Positions 60,964 to 64,000 of a stretch of DNA of 64,000 nt are shown in pieces (within the stretch, counting starts at the first letter, position 1; every line of letters begins with the position of its first letter). The notes beneath the pieces were generated by a model. That model was not told the DNA's origin, ran no database searches, and saw nothing but the letters and a program-made list of their open reading frames with translations. A program made the translations under genes and the position numbers. Source of the DNA: an uncultured delta proteobacterium (GTDB taxonomy: Bacteria; Desulfobacterota; Binatia; Binatales; Binataceae). Location of the stretch: NCBI GenBank assembly GCA_963808235.1, contig CAWEEQ010000001.1, positions 32,001 through 96,000 on the forward strand, given 5' to 3'.

Positions 60964-61512
60964 ATGCCCAAACACCCGCGAACAGACCGTGAATCGCTCG
61001 CTGCGTTGTTGGCGCAGAGCGAACGAAAGCCTTCCATTGTTGCAACGAAAGCGCTGATCAGGGCGGCATTTCTCTTTACCGACAGCCCGGACCGGCCGTA
61101 CCGGGCATTCGGTCTGAGCCTCTCAGAGGTGGACGTACTCGGCGCGATTGCGCGGGCTGAGCGCATGGCCCTCACCTGCTCCGACATTGCGGACGCAACC
61201 TTGATCACGAAAGGCGGCATCACCGGAATTCTCGACCGGCTCGAAGCCCGCAGATTGGTGGAGCGCGCGCCCTCACGCGACGATCGTCGCAGCATCACGA
61301 TTCAGCTCACTGAAAAAGGCGTTGATGTCTGCCACGACCTGTTTTCGAAGCTGGCCCGCAACGATGAGGAAGTCTTCGCGAAAGCTCTTAAACCCGATCA
61401 GATCAAACAGTTCTGCAAGCTGATTACCATGCTCGTTCGCAGTTTCGAAGTTGATACTCACGCGACACGAGTCGGCGCATCGGAGGCGATGCATGGACAC
61501 GAACGAATTTGA
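60964..61512 (+). CDS. MarR family transcriptional regulator
   Basis: ITKGGITGILDRLEARRLVER..DDRRS...LTEKG. Confidence 0.92.
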   Translation: MPKHPRTDRESLAALLAQSERKPSIVATKALIRAAFLFTDSPDRPYRAFGLSLSEVDVLGAIARAERMALTCSDIADATLITKGGITGILDRLEARRLVERAPSRDDRRSITIQLTEKGVDVCHDLFSKLARNDEEVFAKALKPDQIKQFCKLITMLVRSFEVDTHATRVGASEAMHGHERI

Positions 61513-62722
61513 CCATACTCGCGAGACGCTCCCGAACCAGGACTCAGACGAAACCTCCGACCGCGAGGCTTCTTCCCTGGAATCAGCAGATGATTTTGGC
61601 CGGCGGATTCGAGAGCTGAGGCTTCAACTCGAGCGATTGGAGGCGTTCCAGCGCGCCCCGAAATCAAACGCACCGGAGCGGGCCGAAGAGCAGCCGGATC
61701 AAGCGGAAGAGATCGACCAGCCAGACAATCCAGCCGGGTCTCAGCAGCCGCGTCGCTGGAGGCCGGCCCGAATCGCTCTTGCGTTAGTTCTCACGGCCAT
61801 TTTGTTCGTCGCTGGATACCACTTCTGGAATTACCTCGAATCGTACCAGGACACGGATGATGCAGAGGTCGATGGATATCTCGATCCCATCAGCTCGCGG
61901 ATCAACGGGACGATCAACGCAGTCTACGTCGACAACAATCAATCGGTTAAAGTGGGCCAGCTTCTCGTCCAGCTCGATCCCAGCGACTACCAGGTAGCCT
62001 TGGAGCAAGCCCGCGCGCAGCTCTCTCAAGCGCAAGCCGATCTCAATTCGACTCGGCAGCAGTATGTTTCGGCGCTCGCGACGGTTCGCCAGGACGAAGC
62101 ACAGAATTACCTCGCGCAACGAAATGCGCAGCGCTATTCGCAGCTGATCAAGCAAGAGATTGTTTCCCAGTCGGAATATGACCAGTACGACGCGACCGCG
62201 CGCGCCCAGGATGCCACCGTCAAACGCGATCAAGCCACGGCCGCAGGTGCTCAGCGCACCATCGCTTCCAGGGAAGCCCAGGTAAAGCAGGCTCAGGCCA
62301 ACCTCGATCAGGCGGCCCTGAACCTCAGCTATACACGCATCGTCGCACCGGCTGACGGAATCATCGGCAATCGAAGCAGTCAGCTCGGTCAACGCGTGCA
62401 ACCCGCACAGAGCCTCATGGCGTTGACCCAGCACCAGTTCTGGGTAACCGCAAATTTCAAGGAAACCCAGCTCGCCCGGATGCGTCCGGGTCAGCCGGTC
62501 ACGATTCATGTCGATGCGCTCGGGCGCGACTATAAAGGCCACGTCGAAAACATGCCCGGCGCGACGGGATCGCTTTACGACCTGCTTCCGCCGGAAAACG
62601 CGACCGGCAACTATGTAAAGATCGTGCAGCGGCTGCCGGTACGAATCCTCTTTGACGGTGGCCAGGATCTTTCGCAACTGCGGCCCGGAATGTCAGTGGA
62701 GCCAGAGGTATGGCTGCGCTAA
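61493..62722 (+). CDS. EmrA/HlyD-family efflux membrane fusion protein
   Basis: TDDAEVDG, ANFKETQL and PPENATGNYVKIVQRLPVRI motifs. Confidence 0.93.
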   Translation: MDTNEFDHTRETLPNQDSDETSDREASSLESADDFGRRIRELRLQLERLEAFQRAPKSNAPERAEEQPDQAEEIDQPDNPAGSQQPRRWRPARIALALVLTAILFVAGYHFWNYLESYQDTDDAEVDGYLDPISSRINGTINAVYVDNNQSVKVGQLLVQLDPSDYQVALEQARAQLSQAQADLNSTRQQYVSALATVRQDEAQNYLAQRNAQRYSQLIKQEIVSQSEYDQYDATARAQDATVKRDQATAAGAQRTIASREAQVKQAQANLDQAALNLSYTRIVAPADGIIGNRSSQLGQRVQPAQSLMALTQHQFWVTANFKETQLARMRPGQPVTIHVDALGRDYKGHVENMPGATGSLYDLLPPENATGNYVKIVQRLPVRILFDGGQDLSQLRPGMSVEPEVWLR

Positions 62723-64000
62723 AGGACAACGCTGCGCCAGCCACGACAGCGGCTGGTCGCTTACCGGCAAATCGAGCGTCCGCGAAGCGAAGTGATTCGA
62801 CCGGCAACGGACGGAATCAGTCGTCAGCGCCGCCTCAAGTTAAGCCACGGCACAATCCATGGGCGATCGCGATGACGGTGACGCTGGCCACTTTTATGGA
62901 GGTGCTCGATACCAGCATCGCGAACGTTGCGCTGCCGCACATAGCCGGCGCGCTGTCGGCGAGCGTTGACGAAAGCACATGGGTGCTTACCTCTTATCTC
63001 GTCTCCAACGCGATCGTGCTGCCGATGAGCGCCTGGCTCTCAACGAGGATCGGCCGCAAGCGCTTCTATATGAGCTGCGTTGCGCTGTTCACGGTCAGTT
63101 CGTTCTTGTGCGGCATCGCGCCTACCCTCGGCATGCTGATCTTCTTTCGCGTGCTTCAGGGAGCTGGCGGAGGAGGTCTTCAGCCGAGCGAGCAGAGTAT
63201 CCTCGCCGACACCTTTTCACCCGCCCAGCGTGGAATGGCCTTCGCGATTTATGGGATGGCGGTGGTTGCGGCGCCGGCGATCGGCCCCACTCTCGGCGGA
63301 TGGATCACCGATAACTACGAATGGCGCTGGATCTTCTTCATCAACATCCCGGTCGGAATCATATCGCTGATTCTGACCCATCGGATGATTCAGGATCCGC
63401 CGCATCTGATTCGCGAGCATCAGCGCGCTCGCCGCCAGGGCATGCGCGTCGATTTCATAGGGCTAGCCTTGCTCGCGTTGGCGTTCGGGCCGCTCCAGGT
63501 GGTGCTGGACAAGGGCGAGGAGGACAACTGGTTTCAATCGCATTTCATCGTGGCGTTCGCCGCGATAGCAGCGACTGCGTTTGTGATCGGGATTATCTGG
63601 GAGCTCTATCAGGAGCATCCCATCGTCAATCTGCGCCTTTACAAGAATCGCAATTTTGCCGTCGCCAGCATGCTCATGTTCGCCTTCGGGTTCATGCTTT
63701 ACGGCACCACCGTACTGCTCCCGGAATTTGTGCAGCTGCTGATGGGTTACACGGCCGAATTGGCGGGAACGATCCTCTCGCCCGGTGCACTGCTGATCAT
63801 CGCGTTGATGCCGTTGGTGGGCGCCCTCATCTCGCGGGTCGATGCCCGCTGGATACTCGGGTTTGGGTTTCTGTTGCTGTCGCTATCGCTTTTCCACATG
63901 ACCGGGATCGATCTCCAGATCAGCTGGTGGAACGCGATGATGCTCCGTACGTATCAATCGATCGCGATCGCGTTTCTGTTCGTGCCCATTAATACCGTGA
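62710..64000 (+). CDS. EmrB/DHA2 MFS efflux transporter (3' end beyond the window)
   Basis: Read directly from ATG 62710: LATFMEVLDTSIANVALPHI, WVLTSYLVSNAI, FRVLQGAGGG and WRWIFFINIPVG; open to the window end. Confidence 0.92.
   Translation, partial: MAALKDNAAPATTAAGRLPANRASAKRSDSTGNGRNQSSAPPQVKPRHNPWAIAMTVTLATFMEVLDTSIANVALPHIAGALSASVDESTWVLTSYLVSNAIVLPMSAWLSTRIGRKRFYMSCVALFTVSSFLCGIAPTLGMLIFFRVLQGAGGGGLQPSEQSILADTFSPAQRGMAFAIYGMAVVAAPAIGPTLGGWITDNYEWRWIFFINIPVGIISLILTHRMIQDPPHLIREHQRARRQGMRVDFIGLALLALAFGPLQVVLDKGEEDNWFQSHFIVAFAAIAATAFVIGIIWELYQEHPIVNLRLYKNRNFAVASMLMFAFGFMLYGTTVLLPEFVQLLMGYTAELAGTILSPGALLIIALMPLVGALISRVDARWILGFGFLLLSLSLFHMTGIDLQISWWNAMMLRTYQSIAIAFLFVPINTV

Overview
High-GC bacterial chromosomal window, almost fully coding. 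The gene mix suggests a diderm soil bacterium of a Deltaproteobacteria-related lineage such as Ca. Binatota; this is inference only. 0-13 kb: a TetR-MFP-RND efflux operon, a DHH phosphoesterase, an uncharacterised periplasmic cluster (diheme MauG/CcP-family enzyme, Tat-exported metallophosphoesterase, SoxA-like Cys-bearing cytochrome c, small membrane protein), REP-like palindromes and a secreted S74-chaperone fibre protein. 13-37 kb: mostly housekeeping genes (ferritin-like, pcnB, ilvE, bcp, secernin-like C69, acyl-CoA dehydrogenase, amt, mreBCD-mrdA-rodA, ppiD, trxA, cvpA, asnS, a vapBC-type pair, GMC oxidoreductase). 37-64 kb: accessory envelope and signalling genes (DUF2339/DUF3999-like pair, DCC1-LMF fusion, DUF4410/DUF3300/DUF2950/hydrolase/DUF4105 cluster, MHYT kinase with FixJ-type and receiver-only regulators, a STAND ATPase with unusual domain order, MarR-EmrAB). 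Seven genes carry reading-frame breaks, mostly single-base indels and most likely sequencing or assembly errors. I saw no rRNA, tRNA, CRISPR array or transposase. Family assignments come from motif recognition, not database searches.
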